From: Deltaproteobacteria bacterium
Lineage (GTDB): Archaea > Thermoplasmatota > Poseidoniia > Poseidoniales > Poseidoniaceae
Direction of reading: 5' to 3'
Assembly: GCA_028344335.1 (NCBI GenBank)
Contig: JAOMAZ010000001.1
Location: 11,468-75,467 of the forward strand
DNA: 64,000 nucleotides
The translations under genes and the position numbers were made by a program. Position 1 is the first letter of the stretch. Every line of letters starts with the position of its first letter. Of this stretch, positions 47,051 to 56,873 are shown piece by piece. Below the pieces are notes generated by a model that was given only the letters and a program-made list of their open reading frames with translations, searched no databases and was not told the origin of the DNA.

Positions 47051-48019
47051 ATGGCACGCATTGCAGTGGTTGATGGAATGGCTAGTCAGGCAGTAAACCA
47101 TCTCGCATCATTGGGGAATGAAGTAGTTGAGGGATTTATCGAAAAGGAGATGCTATCACATGGTGCTTTAGAAGGATTTGATGCAATTATCGTCAGGTCT
47201 GCAACCAAATTAACCGCCGAAGTTATCAGCGCGAGTAAAGGTTTGAAGGTTATTGGTAGAGCCGGAGTTGGAGTAGATAATATCGACCTAGATGCAGCAA
47301 TAGAGGCTGGAATTACCGTTGTCAATGCGCCACGTGCAGCAACTACAAGTGTGATTGAATTAACCATTGCTCACCTATTGACCTCAACAAGAAAACTAGC
47401 AATCTCCAACCAGGGTCTGAAAGCAGGTTTATGGGAAAAGAATATGATGAAAGGTAGTGAGATTTCAGGGAAAGCACTTGGGTTCGTGGGTTTTGGAAGA
47501 ATCGCTCAAGGAGTTGCAACGATGGCGAAGGCTTTTGGAATGGAAATTCATGCTTATGACCCATATTTACCAAAACAAATTGCAGAACGACTTGAGGCCC
47601 GTATGCACGATCATGTAAATGATTTATTCAGGATGTGCACTCATATCACCATCCATTGCAACCTGACTGAAGAAACATATCATTTAGTTAATGCACAAAG
47701 GTTGGCTTTGATGCCTCAATTAGGCAAGGATGGTGTTGCGTGTGGTAGCCATGTGGTAAATTGTGCCCGTGGAGGTATTGTCGATGAAGATGCGGCATTT
47801 GCTGCCTTGGAGTCAGGTGAATTGACTACGCTTGCTCTCGATGTCTTTGAGGTTGAACCGGTTGATCCTGAGAATCCACTATTACAACATCCAGGCTTCC
47901 ATGGAACCCCTCATATCGGGGCAGCAACTTTGGAAGCCCAAGTCAGAGTGGGGATGAATATTGCCGATGCCGTCAATGCTGCCTTGACAGGCGAGGATGT
48001 CGCTACTCGCGTCGCTTGA
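47051..48019 (+). CDS. serA: D-2-hydroxyacid dehydrogenase (D-3-phosphoglycerate dehydrogenase-like, no ACT domain)
   Basis: VRSATK, GRAGVGVDNID, GFGRIA, NCARGGIVDE, LDVFE.EP, TPHIGAAT.EAQ. Confidence 0.8.
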   Translation: MARIAVVDGMASQAVNHLASLGNEVVEGFIEKEMLSHGALEGFDAIIVRSATKLTAEVISASKGLKVIGRAGVGVDNIDLDAAIEAGITVVNAPRAATTSVIELTIAHLLTSTRKLAISNQGLKAGLWEKNMMKGSEISGKALGFVGFGRIAQGVATMAKAFGMEIHAYDPYLPKQIAERLEARMHDHVNDLFRMCTHITIHCNLTEETYHLVNAQRLALMPQLGKDGVACGSHVVNCARGGIVDEDAAFAALESGELTTLALDVFEVEPVDPENPLLQHPGFHGTPHIGAATLEAQVRVGMNIADAVNAALTGEDVATRVA

Positions 48020-48632
48020 AAAGAGTCGAAACATAAGGTCTCTTAGCCCCTGAAGGAGTTGAATGAACATGTCTCTTAAACAGAATTAATTCAAAATCTG
48101 AACCTAAAAATTGCTCTAACATTTCCTCATCATATCGTTGTAAGTCTAAGCCTGAACATTGTGGCGCACCTTCTGGTGAAAATGTTTCAATGATGACGAA
48201 ACCACCCCTTTTCACAACCCTCTTTAGGTTCTTTAGATAACCTTGTTTTTCTATGTTTGAGGTGAAGAAATGTAGCACTGCTCTATCATGCCATAAATCG
48301 ATTGAGTTTTCTTCAATATCTAAAGGGTAGGTGATGTCTGCAACTTCCCATGTGATTAAGTCCGCCAATCTTTTCCTACTTACTGCCAAAGCAGAAGCGC
48401 TAATATCCATAGCTACAATATTGCTGTAACCTTCATCCAATAAGTCATCGAGCAGAGTAGTGGCGCCACTCCCCACGTCTAAGATTCTTGCATCTTTGAT
48501 AATTCCTGAGTTGTTAATAAATTCTATACTAACCTCATGCTGTGCCTGAAACCATCCTACTTCTTGGGCTGATTTTAATGAATATACGGATTGCCAATGT
48601 TCCTTTGTTGAATGACTTCTCTTGGCCACCAT
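48003..48632 (-). CDS. Class I SAM-dependent methyltransferase
   Basis: HW..VY..K....V.WFQ, ILDVGSG, MDIS, WHDRAVLHF, P.QCSGL. Confidence 0.88.
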   Translation of the reverse strand: MVAKRSHSTKEHWQSVYSLKSAQEVGWFQAQHEVSIEFINNSGIIKDARILDVGSGATTLLDDLLDEGYSNIVAMDISASALAVSRKRLADLITWEVADITYPLDIEENSIDLWHDRAVLHFFTSNIEKQGYLKNLKRVVKRGGFVIIETFSPEGAPQCSGLDLQRYDEEMLEQFLGSDFELILFKRHVHSTPSGAKRPYVSTLFKRRE

Positions 48633-48657
48633 GATTCGGCATCGTGGCTGAGTTGAT

Positions 48658-48751
48658 GAATACTTTCACTTTCAGCGCCGCCCCCTGCGAAACAAAGGTA
48701 GTCCTCGGCTGGAAAGAACACATATGGGTAATCCTGAAAGTGAAAGTGTTC
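48658..48751 (+). promoter_or_regulatory. Long inverted repeat / candidate structured RNA between divergent genes
   Basis: ACTTTCACTTTCAG (48662-48675) pairs perfectly with CTGAAAGTGAAAGT (48734-48747); extends to 18 bp with one G-U. Confidence 0.55.
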
Positions 48752-48776
48752 TATGTGCGAAGCCTCTGTTGGTTGT

Positions 48777-49439
48777 ATGGACGGATTCATACCCCTGCAA
48801 TTCAAGGAAAGGGAAGTGGAAGAAATGCTGCGATTAGCTGAGGCCACATATTGTGAAATGAGGGAGCGTAGAACTACTCGTCAATTCAGTGATAAAGAGG
48901 TACCTAAGAGATTATTGGAATTAGCGATTAAAAGCGCTAGCACTGCTCCAAGCGGCGCTCATTTACAGCCATGGACTTTCGTAGTAATCTCAAATCAAGA
49001 GTTGAAGCAAAAAATTAGAGTTGCAGCTGAAGAAGAAGAATTGAAAACCTACCAAGACAGAATGCCCGAAGCCTGGGCAGAATTACTGGAACCCTTGGGC
49101 ACAGACCATGTCAAGGAACATATTACCACCGCACCATGGTTGGTTATTCTATTCAAACAAAATAAAAGGTTGCGCGACAATGGAGAATGGGGGCCAACCT
49201 ATTACGCTACAGAATCAGTTGGAATTGCGGCTGGTATATTCATCTCAGCAATTCATAAAATGGGCTTGTGTACATTGACTCATACCCCCTCACCTATGGG
49301 CTTCTTGCGTCAAATTCTCGAGCGTCCAGAACACGAATCGGCGATATTATTGATGCCTGTTGGATATCCGGCAGAAGATGCACAAGTACCAGACTTGCAA
49401 AGAAAACCTCTTGATGAAATTAGTATTTGGTTTGAATAA
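48777..49439 (+). CDS. Nitroreductase-fold protein, iodotyrosine deiodinase (IYD)-like
   Basis: RRTTR.FS, TAPSGAH.QPW.F, IR.AAEEEE..TY..RM...W...L..LGT...KE, ESVGIA.G, TLTHTP, VGYP..DA.VPDL.RKPL. Confidence 0.85.
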   Translation: MDGFIPLQFKEREVEEMLRLAEATYCEMRERRTTRQFSDKEVPKRLLELAIKSASTAPSGAHLQPWTFVVISNQELKQKIRVAAEEEELKTYQDRMPEAWAELLEPLGTDHVKEHITTAPWLVILFKQNKRLRDNGEWGPTYYATESVGIAAGIFISAIHKMGLCTLTHTPSPMGFLRQILERPEHESAILLMPVGYPAEDAQVPDLQRKPLDEISIWFE

Positions 49440-49443
49440 TTAG

Positions 49444-50559
49444 GTGATAACCGTGAATGATGAGCGAATTATCATCCATTGTGACATGGATGCTTTTTTC
49501 GCTGCAGTAGAAACTTTGCACCATGATCTTAACCCTGAAATACCGTTGATTCTAGGATCAGATCCTCAAGGTGGCCGGGGACGGGGCATCGTCTCAACTT
49601 GCAATTATGCTGCTCGTAAATATGGAATACATTCAGCGATGCCAATTTCAGAAGCATGGAGACGATGCCCTGGAGCACCTCATGGGACCGGATTGTACAT
49701 GATCAGTACACGTGGATTATATCGGCGGGCGAGTCGTAAAGTTATGGAAATATTAGCAAAATATGCCGATAAATTTGAGCAAGCAAGTATTGATGAGGCA
49801 TATTTGGATGTGACTGATTATGTCAAAAATGATTGGGATAAAGCATTGGCATTGGCAAGGCAGTTGCAATCGGAAATTAAAGAAAAGCTACAACTTGGTT
49901 CAAGCTTTGGCATTGGCCCAACCCGCATCGTTGCAAAAATGGGAAGCGAAGAAAACAAGCCCGCAGGTATCCACATAACAAGGCCTGAACAAGTGATGGA
50001 GTTTTTCACACAAAGAGCATGTCGAGCCGTGCCTGGAATTGGTCCGGCATCTGCAACTCGATTGGCTGAATGCGGTATTGAAACGATGGATGAGGCCTAT
50101 TCGATGGGGGAATTAGCACTTGGAAGAGCCATTTCAGAAAGAAGTGCAAAATGGATGATCAGGGTGGTAGAAGGAAGAACTTCCAATGAAGTTAGCCCAC
50201 TTAGAAGTCGAAAGTCAATTGGTAAAGAACATACCTTTTCCAAAGATACTACCGATGTGGAACTTATTTTAAAAAGACTTGAGATGCTAATCGAGAGAGT
50301 CTTTGAACGAATGAAAAAAATGCAAATCTGTGCCCGATTGGTAGAAGTTAAAATTCGCTACAAAGGCTTTGAAACCCATACAGTACATCGTTCAATTCCA
50401 GTTGCCATGGATGAAATATCGGTGTTCCGCAGGCTTGCTAATCGCTTATTTGCAGAAAGTTATGAACAACAAAGGGCGGTTCGTTTAGTTGGCTTTAGAG
50501 TTGGCCAATTGGACATGCAAGCAAGCAAACAAACTATTCTTTTCAACGAAGAAGAATAA
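49444..50559 (+). CDS. dinB: Y-family DNA polymerase IV
   Basis: IIHCDMDAFFAAVE, STCNYAARKYGI.SAMP, SIDEAYLD, KP.G, PGIG, KSIG.E.TF. Confidence 0.95.
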   Translation: MITVNDERIIIHCDMDAFFAAVETLHHDLNPEIPLILGSDPQGGRGRGIVSTCNYAARKYGIHSAMPISEAWRRCPGAPHGTGLYMISTRGLYRRASRKVMEILAKYADKFEQASIDEAYLDVTDYVKNDWDKALALARQLQSEIKEKLQLGSSFGIGPTRIVAKMGSEENKPAGIHITRPEQVMEFFTQRACRAVPGIGPASATRLAECGIETMDEAYSMGELALGRAISERSAKWMIRVVEGRTSNEVSPLRSRKSIGKEHTFSKDTTDVELILKRLEMLIERVFERMKKMQICARLVEVKIRYKGFETHTVHRSIPVAMDEISVFRRLANRLFAESYEQQRAVRLVGFRVGQLDMQASKQTILFNEEE

Positions 50560-50560
50560 G

Positions 50561-53041
50561 TCACTCAAGTTTGTGCATTGCAGTCAATACATCAGTGAAG
50601 TCAACTAAATCTGTAGGTATTGATATTCCTTCAATCGGCGCATTCAATGATAGACCTGCATCCTTTTTTTGTTTCCAAGTTGCACTGTTAAACTCTTGAA
50701 TTGAATTACTTAATGCACATAGGTCCGAATCGCATACGATTGGAGTTTCAGGGAATTTGCGAACATCTACAGCACTACTCTCGTACAGAGTTGAGGTGAT
50801 ATGGTGGCTGAAAAAGGGACACACAGGGGAGAAGGCAGCCATGAAGTCTCGAACAATTCTGTGAATTGTCCAAGCAGCAGATTGGTCACCATCATAAAGA
50901 CGAGTCTTGGCCATCTCCAACCAATGGCTAGGTAGGATTCCAGTGCCAAAATTTTTCAATGCTTGAGTAGCACTGTAAATATCTAATGCTGACCAATTTT
51001 CTTGAACCTGAGACATGCACATTGAAAACTCTGAGAGTATCCATCTATCCTCAATATTGAGGTGGCTTGGAGTGCTATCTAAATCATCAGGAACTTCAAA
51101 CTGACTCGCAAAACGTGCCACATTGAATAACTTGGTCAAAACTCCAAAATACTTGGCTTCAATCTCCTCAGGATTGATATGAAAATCATCTCCAACTTGG
51201 GCATCACACGCCTTCCAAAGGCGAAAACATTCACTACCAATTTTATTGGCCTTTAATTGCACTTGCTTTCCATCTGTACCCTTGATCTTCCAACTTCCGG
51301 TTCGCCCACTAGCGCCGCATTCCAAAACCGTATCAGCATCAATTCCATTTCCAAGAGATTTACTCATTTTACGGCCCCAAGGGTCCATTCCAAGTCCATC
51401 AATCCAGACATTAGAAAAACCAGGTTTATCGAGTAATAAAGTGCTCTTAAGCAGAGTATAATAGAGCCAAGTTCGAACGATTTCTTTTCCTTGCGGCCTC
51501 AAACTAGTTGGAAAAGCTTTGTCGAATACATCTGGTTGATTTAGATAACCACTGACGAAAAGATTCGAATTAGATGAATCCATCCATGTGTCAAATACCT
51601 TAGATTCACCAACTACCTTACCTAAATCATCTTTCAACTCATCCCAACTCCCAAGCATCTCTCTGCTCTCCCTGTCAAGCACATCCGAACCAGAAGGAGG
51701 TTCTTCTCTCCATGGTTGAACATAGGTACCAGAAGGAGCAACTATGACTTTACTTTCATCTTCAGAATACCAAATTGGGATTTCAGTATGGTACCAGCGT
51801 CTTCGGCTGATGGGCCAATCAATACTGATATTTTGCATCCAATCTAGGAGGAATTGCTTGTTTCTAGGAGGTACAAAATTGATTTCCTCGATATGCTCTT
51901 TCATCCTTTCCTGAATGTGGGTTTGTCGCACATACCATTCCTTGAGTAAGATTGTTTCAACTGGGTTTTTACCTCTCTCACTGACTGGGACTTCCTGTTC
52001 TTTTTCTTGGATTTGGTGAATGCGCCCTTGTTGTTCTAGGCTTTCAATAACCGATTCACGAGCATCCTTTACTTTCATTCCAGTCAAAGGGCCAGAAATT
52101 GAAGTCATGCATCCATCGAGGTCGATTGCCTGAAATGGCTTCAATCCAAGTTCACGGAAAACTGCCACATCATTTTGGTCGCCAAAAGAACAAACCATCA
52201 GGACTCCACTTCCAAACTCGGATTTTACCGAAGGGTGTGTTACTATGTTTACGAAATTATCTCTACCTTCAACTTCTACTGGCAGGATAATTTTTTTGCC
52301 AACAAGGTGAGAATAACGGTCATCATCAGGATGAACTGCCACAATGCCGCAAGCACAAATCAATTCAGGTCTAGTGGTTGAAATAATGACTTCCTCACCA
52401 TCTTCAGTTTGCCATTTTATATCGACCAATTTGCTTATACGGTTAATACGCTCAACTTCAGCATCTGCGATGGTGGTCTTTTCAACTGGGTCATAGATAT
52501 TTGGACGTAAATCTTCGATGATTTCTCCCATCTTGAATAATTTAGAAAAAATTGATTGAGTTACTGCTCGGTATTCCGTTGAGTCCGTTAAATATTCCCT
52601 TGCAAAGTCACATGAAAGTCCTACTCTTGCTGCAGTATCGCGCATTGCTTGAGTAAACTCCTCGATTGTCTCTCTACAAAGGTGGATGAAATCACCTCTA
52701 TCATAGGTTCTCATCTTCTTTCCATGTTTCTTTTCAACGGTAAATTCAATGTTGATACCGTTTCTATCCACTCCCCATGGGAAGAACACTTCCTTGCCCA
52801 ATAGTCTTTGACTCCTTGCAATAACATCAATCATCGAATATTGTGCAACAGCGCCAATATGCCATGTGCCAGAGGGGTATGGAGGAGGGGTATCAATGAC
52901 AAATATCTCTTTTCCTGAGTCAGGATTGAATCCATATCGAAGGTCATATCCTGAATCAGAATAATGCGCTTCTTGGATTCTCTTTTCAAGGTCTACGGTC
53001 CATCTCTTCTCAGGCAGGCGGGGCTTTGCCATCCATCTCAC
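50561..53041 (-). CDS. valS: Valine--tRNA ligase (archaeal type)
   Basis: IDTPPPYPSGTWHIG, TTRPE, DW.ISR.R, FDTWMDSS, LRPQG.EIVRTW, KMSKS. Confidence 0.93.
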   Translation of the reverse strand: MRWMAKPRLPEKRWTVDLEKRIQEAHYSDSGYDLRYGFNPDSGKEIFVIDTPPPYPSGTWHIGAVAQYSMIDVIARSQRLLGKEVFFPWGVDRNGINIEFTVEKKHGKKMRTYDRGDFIHLCRETIEEFTQAMRDTAARVGLSCDFAREYLTDSTEYRAVTQSIFSKLFKMGEIIEDLRPNIYDPVEKTTIADAEVERINRISKLVDIKWQTEDGEEVIISTTRPELICACGIVAVHPDDDRYSHLVGKKIILPVEVEGRDNFVNIVTHPSVKSEFGSGVLMVCSFGDQNDVAVFRELGLKPFQAIDLDGCMTSISGPLTGMKVKDARESVIESLEQQGRIHQIQEKEQEVPVSERGKNPVETILLKEWYVRQTHIQERMKEHIEEINFVPPRNKQFLLDWMQNISIDWPISRRRWYHTEIPIWYSEDESKVIVAPSGTYVQPWREEPPSGSDVLDRESREMLGSWDELKDDLGKVVGESKVFDTWMDSSNSNLFVSGYLNQPDVFDKAFPTSLRPQGKEIVRTWLYYTLLKSTLLLDKPGFSNVWIDGLGMDPWGRKMSKSLGNGIDADTVLECGASGRTGSWKIKGTDGKQVQLKANKIGSECFRLWKACDAQVGDDFHINPEEIEAKYFGVLTKLFNVARFASQFEVPDDLDSTPSHLNIEDRWILSEFSMCMSQVQENWSALDIYSATQALKNFGTGILPSHWLEMAKTRLYDGDQSAAWTIHRIVRDFMAAFSPVCPFFSHHITSTLYESSAVDVRKFPETPIVCDSDLCALSNSIQEFNSATWKQKKDAGLSLNAPIEGISIPTDLVDFTDVLTAMHKLE

Positions 53042-53190
53042 TCCATGGCCGATAAGACAGTCAACGCCTTACGTCCACGGCCGGCTCCAACCAGTTACCT
53101 ATGAACCCGCCGCAATGCAAGGAGTTATCAGATACGGTTGATTTGCAACTTATCTTCACCATGTGTTAAATCGGTCTTGCCAACGCCAGC

Positions 53191-56100
53191 ATGGGCTTGA
53201 CCATGGCAGGAGAGGCAGAAGATAGTTCACCAAAGGGTGACCAAAAGTCTGCTGCCAAGGCTAAAGACAGGCTTTCAAACTTAGTTGGGCATGGCAAACA
53301 GAAAGCTGGAATGCTTGGCTCACACATGGCTAAAAAAGTGAAAAACTTTGATCCTAAATCAGCCACACAAGCGGTGCTACATGCCCCAAATGCTTTGAAA
53401 AGGGAATACAAAAGAGGTGGCCCTTCAGGCGTCATAACCAAGTTCCCAGCCTTAACTATCGCCATCTTCCTATTCGGGACATTATTCTTTGTTTACCATA
53501 GCGGGTTCATGGATATTGATGAAGCAAATCCTCGGCCTTGGCAAATCAAAGGAGAACCAAGTCTCAACGTGAATGGTAGTCTTGATGTCTACTTGCCTGA
53601 AGGGGACCCTGTTGCAGATGCTATCAAAGAAGTGCAAAAGGATTGGTCGACCAATGTTTTGATTATCTACGTCGAATTAGAAGGTTCATCTAGTAATATA
53701 ACAGACAGAGGGATCCTTCTCGAAATAGACCGGCTCGAAAAGAAATTGAATTACCTGCAATCTGACCCAACCGATGATGTAGATTACATTCTCTCTCTAT
53801 CAACTGTAGTAAAGGAAGTTAATTCCAGTGCACCAAGAGTTGCCAAGGCCTTCATAGAAGAAGCAGGTGAACTTGGTTGTAATAATAATGATGATTGTTT
53901 GACGAGAGATGTGGCAGGCCAACTATCTGAACAAGTGAACGATTGGGAATGGTTACTTGGTGAGTACAGCATTCCAAACCAAGATAGAATTGGCCAAATA
54001 ATCGATCAGATGTATGATTGCTATGAAGAAGATGGAGTTGAAAAATGTGAACCAACTCCTGGACTTGACAAACTTGCCAGAGATACCGATGGCGATGGAA
54101 ACCTCGACAGAGCCGTCATCATTGTCGCGGTCAATGAGAGTATTCCAACCAATGTTTTGATCAAAGGGTACCGAGAAAACATCACAGCCCTCGCAGAAAC
54201 TCCAAGACCTTGTGACCCTGAAGACCCCGGAGGAGAGTCATGCACCTGGGCGCAACGTGGATTGAATATGTCATTAACTGGCCCAGTTCCAATCACCAAT
54301 GCAGTCACAGAATTCTCCTTCAAGTTATTCTGGCAGATCTTCCCTATCGCAGTTATTCTAGTCGCTTTGGGTCTTTTCGTATTCCATTCTGATTTGCTTC
54401 AAACTGGAAGTATTCGCGCAGTTCAAGGAATTAAGGTCATCATTATCGCTGGACTCCCTACCCTTTGTTCAGTATTCTGGACATTGGGGATAATCGGTTG
54501 GATGGGCTATGAGGTAACGATGACGGTCATTATTGTCGGACCTATTTTATTGGCATTAGGAGTATCTTATGGGTTGCACATTACTAATCGTTATGCTGAA
54601 GAAAGCGGTGACCCCTCAGAAAAGATGAGAATCGCCTTTGCTTCAACGGGGAAAGCCGTTTTCCTATCAGCGATAACTACTGTTATTGGGTTTATTTCAC
54701 TAACCTTCACACCAATGGCTCCGATTGCCACGGTAGGATGGGCATTGAGTGGCGGAATAATCGTAGTTTACTTCCTGACGATGATAATGGTCCCCAACCT
54801 GACCATTTTATTAGATTTAAAGAAGGCTAAACATCCACCATTACCGGTTTTTGATGCAGCGGTTGATATTCCATTGAAATGGAATGTACCCGTCATTGCT
54901 GTCTTCATACTTCTTATCGGATTATCAGGTACTTGGGGAATGGAAAATGTTGAGGAAAATATCGATCTTTTGGGAATGGCTCCCGAAGATGAGCCAGCGG
55001 TTAAAAAGATGAAACAATATAGCTCGGAATTCGAAGCAGGTCAAATTGGTATGCTCCTCATTGAGGGATATATCAAAGGAGATTCAGACGATAGTATTCC
55101 GGAAAACGATGATCCATTCAAAAATTTGCAGGGTATTGAGAACCTATCGGCAAAATTAAATCTCGTCGACCATACTACTGCAGTTAGTATTGTGTTCCTA
55201 ATGAAATCAGTTGGTGTGTCAGTTAATTTATCTGGAACAGACCTGCAAATACCTTGTGAATTACTTCCTGATGGAATCGACGAATTGTGTGAATTGATTA
55301 TTGGCAATGAAGTTGATGACGACCTAACATTCTGGCGTCTACTAGAAGATATCGATAAGAACCCAGCTCTCACCGAGAACTCCAAACAAAGGCAGCAAAT
55401 TTTCCTACTCAATGTATTCTACAATAGTCTAACCGATGAGACGAGATACCTATTCACTGAACCTAACTATGCCAAGTCATTAATTTACATAGATATGCCA
55501 TTTTTACCGGTAAAGGATACCGAAAAATCAGTTGTTGACATCAACCAACATGCATCGATGACTTATGCAGAAGGTAATGTCCGAAGTGGCGAACTAACTG
55601 GTGTTGCTGCTGTTGCAATAGCAGTCAATAACCTCATCGTTGATTCCCAATGGTCATCTCTTGCTTTCGCGGTCATCCTGACTTTGATTACCCTTGGAAT
55701 TGTGTTCAAGGATTTGCGGTTTGCCTTATGGACAACGTTGCCCGTAGTAGCGACAGTTGCGCTGCAATGGATGGTGATGGCATATCTCGAAGTTTCATTG
55801 TCATTAGTTACCGTTATGATCGGCTCAATTTTAGTCGGTGTTGGAGTAGATTTCTCAATACATATAGCTAACCGCATACGCGAATTGGGAGGAGGGATAG
55901 AAGCCATACGGACTGCAACAGTTTCTACTGGTATGTCATTATTCGAAGCCGCAACTGTCACTACATTAGGATTAGTAGCCGCTTACCAAATCCCTATTCC
56001 TGAAATTCAGCCATTCGTAACTGTAGTCATAGTGCTATTGTGGATTGCCGCTGCCAGCGCATTATTACTATTACCTGCAATTTTCGTCACTCTCGAAAAA

Positions 56101-56232
56101 TTAGGTATGGGGAGTACTGGTGGAGCCGAAGCGATGATGAGAAAACTAGGATTGACAGGTTCACAAGTTGCAGCTCGCGATGGCTCAATAGATGCAGTTG
56201 TTGTGATGGATGATGTTGAGGATGCCTGGTGA
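53191..56232 (+). CDS. MMPL/RND-superfamily (HAE3-like) transporter
   Basis: Two repeats of TM + large external loop + 5 TM; LGVSYGLHITNRY.EE / TGKAV..SAITT and GVGVDFSIHI.NR / TG.SL..AA.TT. Confidence 0.88.
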   Translation: MGLTMAGEAEDSSPKGDQKSAAKAKDRLSNLVGHGKQKAGMLGSHMAKKVKNFDPKSATQAVLHAPNALKREYKRGGPSGVITKFPALTIAIFLFGTLFFVYHSGFMDIDEANPRPWQIKGEPSLNVNGSLDVYLPEGDPVADAIKEVQKDWSTNVLIIYVELEGSSSNITDRGILLEIDRLEKKLNYLQSDPTDDVDYILSLSTVVKEVNSSAPRVAKAFIEEAGELGCNNNDDCLTRDVAGQLSEQVNDWEWLLGEYSIPNQDRIGQIIDQMYDCYEEDGVEKCEPTPGLDKLARDTDGDGNLDRAVIIVAVNESIPTNVLIKGYRENITALAETPRPCDPEDPGGESCTWAQRGLNMSLTGPVPITNAVTEFSFKLFWQIFPIAVILVALGLFVFHSDLLQTGSIRAVQGIKVIIIAGLPTLCSVFWTLGIIGWMGYEVTMTVIIVGPILLALGVSYGLHITNRYAEESGDPSEKMRIAFASTGKAVFLSAITTVIGFISLTFTPMAPIATVGWALSGGIIVVYFLTMIMVPNLTILLDLKKAKHPPLPVFDAAVDIPLKWNVPVIAVFILLIGLSGTWGMENVEENIDLLGMAPEDEPAVKKMKQYSSEFEAGQIGMLLIEGYIKGDSDDSIPENDDPFKNLQGIENLSAKLNLVDHTTAVSIVFLMKSVGVSVNLSGTDLQIPCELLPDGIDELCELIIGNEVDDDLTFWRLLEDIDKNPALTENSKQRQQIFLLNVFYNSLTDETRYLFTEPNYAKSLIYIDMPFLPVKDTEKSVVDINQHASMTYAEGNVRSGELTGVAAVAIAVNNLIVDSQWSSLAFAVILTLITLGIVFKDLRFALWTTLPVVATVALQWMVMAYLEVSLSLVTVMIGSILVGVGVDFSIHIANRIRELGGGIEAIRTATVSTGMSLFEAATVTTLGLVAAYQIPIPEIQPFVTVVIVLLWIAAASALLLLPAIFVTLEKLGMGSTGGAEAMMRKLGLTGSQVAARDGSIDAVVVMDDVEDAW

Positions 56233-56396
56233 GAAATCTCCTTGAGAGCAATAAAAACGTTGATTTCAAACTCGAACCTCGTAAAACATCACAGCCGTCC
56301 AAACTACGGGTGAATGATTCATGCTAACAAAATCAAAAATTGAAGTGGATTGCTCATACTGAAAACCCTCATACCACCAATGCCCCTCCACTCTCC

Positions 56397-56873
56397 ATGA
56401 CCAAACACTGGCTCATGAAATCCGAGCCCAATGCTTACCATTGGAATCAACTCCTAAAAGACAAAACCACTCACTGGGATGGAGTCAGAAATTATCAGGC
56501 AAGAAACACCATGAGAGACCTAATGAAAATAGGTGATCTCGTACTATTTTATCACTCCAACTGCAAACCACCCCACATAGCAGGCATTGCCAAGGTCTGC
56601 AAAGAAGGATACCCAGACCACACTTCTTGGGACCCTGATTCCCATTACTTCGATGAAAAATCTTCGCCCGAAAACCCTCGCTGGATGATGGTTGACATCG
56701 AAGCAATTCAATCTATGGAAACTATTGTTGACTTGCCTCAAATGAAAGGAGACCCATCTCTAGAAGGAATGCCATTATTGGCTAAAGGGCAACGCCTTTC
56801 AGTACAGCCAGTATCACCTGAGCACTTTCAACGAGTTTGCCAACTTGGTGGTTTGGAGGAATTATTGTGGTAA
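56397..56873 (+). CDS. EVE domain protein
   Basis: WLMKSEP, WDGVRNYQARN, GD...FYHSN, YFD.KS....PRW..VD, RLSVQPV. Confidence 0.93.
   Translation: MTKHWLMKSEPNAYHWNQLLKDKTTHWDGVRNYQARNTMRDLMKIGDLVLFYHSNCKPPHIAGIAKVCKEGYPDHTSWDPDSHYFDEKSSPENPRWMMVDIEAIQSMETIVDLPQMKGDPSLEGMPLLAKGQRLSVQPVSPEHFQRVCQLGGLEELLW

Noticed and set aside
56397..56873. EVE protein as part of a modification-dependent restriction system
   Set aside because: Stand-alone EVE with no nuclease domain or neighbour; the context is housekeeping.
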